DNA of 64,000 nucleotides from Microthyrium microscopicum (Eukaryota): NCBI GenBank assembly GCA_010405405.1, contig MU004234.1, positions 168,993 to 232,992 of the forward strand, read 5' to 3'. Shown piece by piece: positions 61,501 to 64,000 of this stretch (position 1 is its first letter; each line of letters starts with the position of its first letter). The notes under the pieces were generated by a model. It saw only the letters and a program-made list of their open reading frames with translations, ran no database searches and was not told where the DNA came from. The position numbers and the translations under genes were made by a program.

Positions 61501-64000
61501 AGGAAAGACACTAATGGAAAGCTGTTACCTTCAGAAGTGCGTGAAATAACTTCAATGCTGTTTGGAAACTCGGTTTGGAGATCCCATAAGTGGCCCTGAA
61601 CCAGGGACAATAGAGCTTCCGCTACCTCCCACCGATGTGGATGCCCGTCGACCATGGATTGTGTTCCCGATGGATAAATGAGCTGCGTTCGAACTGCTAG
61701 AAGAGCGTCGCATTCATCGAGAACATCTCGACAATTGTTCTGTAGCCAGCTTTGGACTTCGATCATCTCCTTGGATTCTTGAAGCTCAAGGTCCGAGAGT
61801 CTTTGTAAACCACTAAGCTTGAAGGATAACAAGTTTTCCGGTAGTGATATGATTATCCCCGATTTTTGCATCATATCCAGATGAAGTTGATGATATTTTT
61901 GTATTGTCTTACTTGAGGTGGAAGTCTGGCGCGAGAAAGGAATTTGTATGACGGGCCGCCCAATCAAGTGACCGAGTCTTGTCTGTATCAAACCCACAGT
62001 TTGAGGAAGCAATGATCTCGGCACGACAATTCTAACCAGCTGTTGAGTGTTGGCGAGAACAGAGGCAACCATTGGAATGATGACGGAGGTTTTGCCAAGT
62101 CCCATATTCATTTGCAGAACACTGTTTTGTCCCGTGGCAGGATCGATTGTAGCGAGGGCTACATCGACTTGATCCGGACGTATCAGAATATTGGACTCGA
62201 TCTCCAAGAGTAGCCAATCCGTGTACTTCTCGGGGTTCCAGTTAGCATGCGCAACGGTTCGTAACTCAGTACGCATTCTGCCTGGCACTGACGAAGTCTG
62301 AGCTTCTTTAATTCTGAAGAGCTGCTGGAGAGTGGTGATAGTGAGCGCGAATTTGACCAAGGCCTCTTTCATTCCTCGTCCAAAACTCGCCTTGAGGTTC
62401 GTCCGAAGTAGTTCTAACAGAGAACATGTTGTCAATGGCGGATATAGCCCGCCTGTGATGAGCCATTGCTCTTGTCCGTCGCCAGCAAGCAAAGCCTGGG
62501 TGATGCGCGAAAAGAGCCCCTGTTTTTTCTTTTCTGTATCCTTGATGGCTTTTTCAAGCCACGATGATACATCCGCGTTCAGGTCTTGAGATATCGTGGC
62601 AGTATGCCCAATTTTCTCAAGCGCATCTAGACTAGACAAGAGATCGGAAAAGTAATGGTTGCGAACGACGGACGGACTTTCCCGCATTTTGATTGCAATC
62701 GACGCGAGTTCTTCACTTTCTGGGGATCGAGGAGAGTTGGGCTGCTTAGTGAGAGGTGAAGGCAGCTTGTGAAATGTCCCACCAAATTGTGTCGCCAGCG
62801 ATATCATACTAGAGGTCTTGAAAACCCAGGTGCATTGCTTTCCCAAGAGGTCTTTCGATATTGATCGAGTACTGATGAAATATGACTTGGGAATAAGCGT
62901 GGTAGTAGGGCTGCGAAGCTTGACAAGCTGAAGGTCCTCAGGGGTCCGGTTGGCTCTGAGCTCTTTTTGGACAGCTTTGATATATTCGGACAGCTCGTAG
63001 TTGTGAAACAGGCGAAGCCACTCCGTTAGAATGGCTGACTTGATCTTAGAGATATCTTCCGATACGTAACCATTCGGAAACAGCTCTAACAAGTTTTGGA
63101 ACTCTGGCTCTGGACAAGGCCATTGCGAAATTAGGTGCTCTGCAAGTGTAATCGCATGCGAATCAAACTCCTCTTTGCGCTTTCTTTCCACAACAACAAG
63201 ATCAAAGAATGGTGATCGCGTTACTACGCTTGTTGGGAGTGCCCATTTGTTCTTGAGTGGAGTAATAAGGCCAAGTAATGACTCAATCGTTGGGATTTCG
63301 CCACGACGAAAGTCAGTATACGATGCCCCTGATGGAATCTTGAGAGCTTTTAGCTTTCCGTTCACTGCGAAGGCAAGCAAAACACGAATTAAGTGAAGGT
63401 TAAGCTTATGCCGAAAAGAAATCGTGCTGAGCAGAAACAACAAGTTATATAGCTGCTTCTTGGTCGACTTCATGCAACGCTGAATAAGAGAGCCAAATTC
63501 AGTCGCAAAACTCAGATCAAGAGAGGCGCTGAGAGATGATCCGGAAAATTCGGTCTGAAACCCTTGAATCAAGGGCCATTGCTCCAGGATCTCGGCTAGG
63601 TCTGTCGTCGTTTTTGAAAGGTTCGGCCACGAGCGCACCAGACTTGCTGTATACAAGGCGTTGATGGCGGCATTGTCTCGAAGTCCTCGGTCACGAGAAT
63701 CATAAACGCGGTCGGTGATCTTGATATCTGAGCTGGGAACATTGAGAGGCCGTTCGTACAATTGTCTCCGGCTGTAAGCTCGTTCGAGTAGGTGTTGATT
63801 ACCGGGCTCTGGAAGACGTACAAGTGACTTGCTCTTGAGAGTGAATGCTGCGAGGGCGTTTGAAGCTTGACATATGGAAGCTGCGATGAGGGCATAAGCT
63901 TCGTGTTGCATGGACAATCCAAAGTTGGGATCACGGCTTGTCGTTGACAGAAACTTGATTCCTTTGGGGTAGTAGCCTCGCTTCGGACTCAATCGGGCGA
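58544..64000 (-). CDS. Very large DUF3638/DUF3645 P-loop protein; 5'-partial; at least 4 exons in window
   Basis: DWLLLEIE, QMNMGLGKTSVIIP, DVLDECD, RWNVQYGL, AVPFLAKGVP, SEWGH, TGFSGTND, HTRGTDLKL and EVEQERE motifs; acidic C-terminus. Confidence 0.9.

Noticed and set aside
1..64000. CRISPR arrays, rRNA genes, transposases, LTRs or a Starship-type tyrosine recombinase
   Set aside because: No repeat-spacer structure or diagnostic motifs recognised by eye; degenerate relics cannot be excluded without a search.

Overview
Eukaryotic, gene-dense DNA from a filamentous ascomycete (Pezizomycotina), inferred from ~50-nt GT-AG introns with CTAAC/CTGAC branch sites and fungal protein families. The species cannot be determined from the window. 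All family assignments come from recalled motifs, not database searches. About 30 protein-coding loci are present. Housekeeping or metabolic genes include a YRB30-like Ran-binding protein, a GNAT, an SDR, a GFA protein, a divergent phosphoketolase/acetate kinase pair, CWC16/CCDC130, two alpha/beta-hydrolases, PMP3, a CNOT11-like gene and COX15. Accessory-looking blocks include a partial NB-ARC/TPR NLR-like gene at the left edge and a tandem array of four BTB-like paralogues. A ~30-47 kb island carries a stonustoxin-like/GTPase fusion, a UBA-ankyrin-ClpB-type AAA+, a KP4 toxin-like gene, a secreted NucA/NucB DNase and a Zn2Cys6 TF/reductase pair. A frameshifted pseudogene and a partial giant DUF3638/DUF3645 gene lie at the right edge. 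The most striking observation is a minus-strand tRNA-Cys(GCA) gene at 57509-57640. Besides a normal 8-nt anticodon-loop intron, it is split in the D-loop by a 52-nt insertion with spliceosomal signals (GTAAGT...GCTGAC...CAG). Removing both insertions gives a complete 72-nt cloverleaf.
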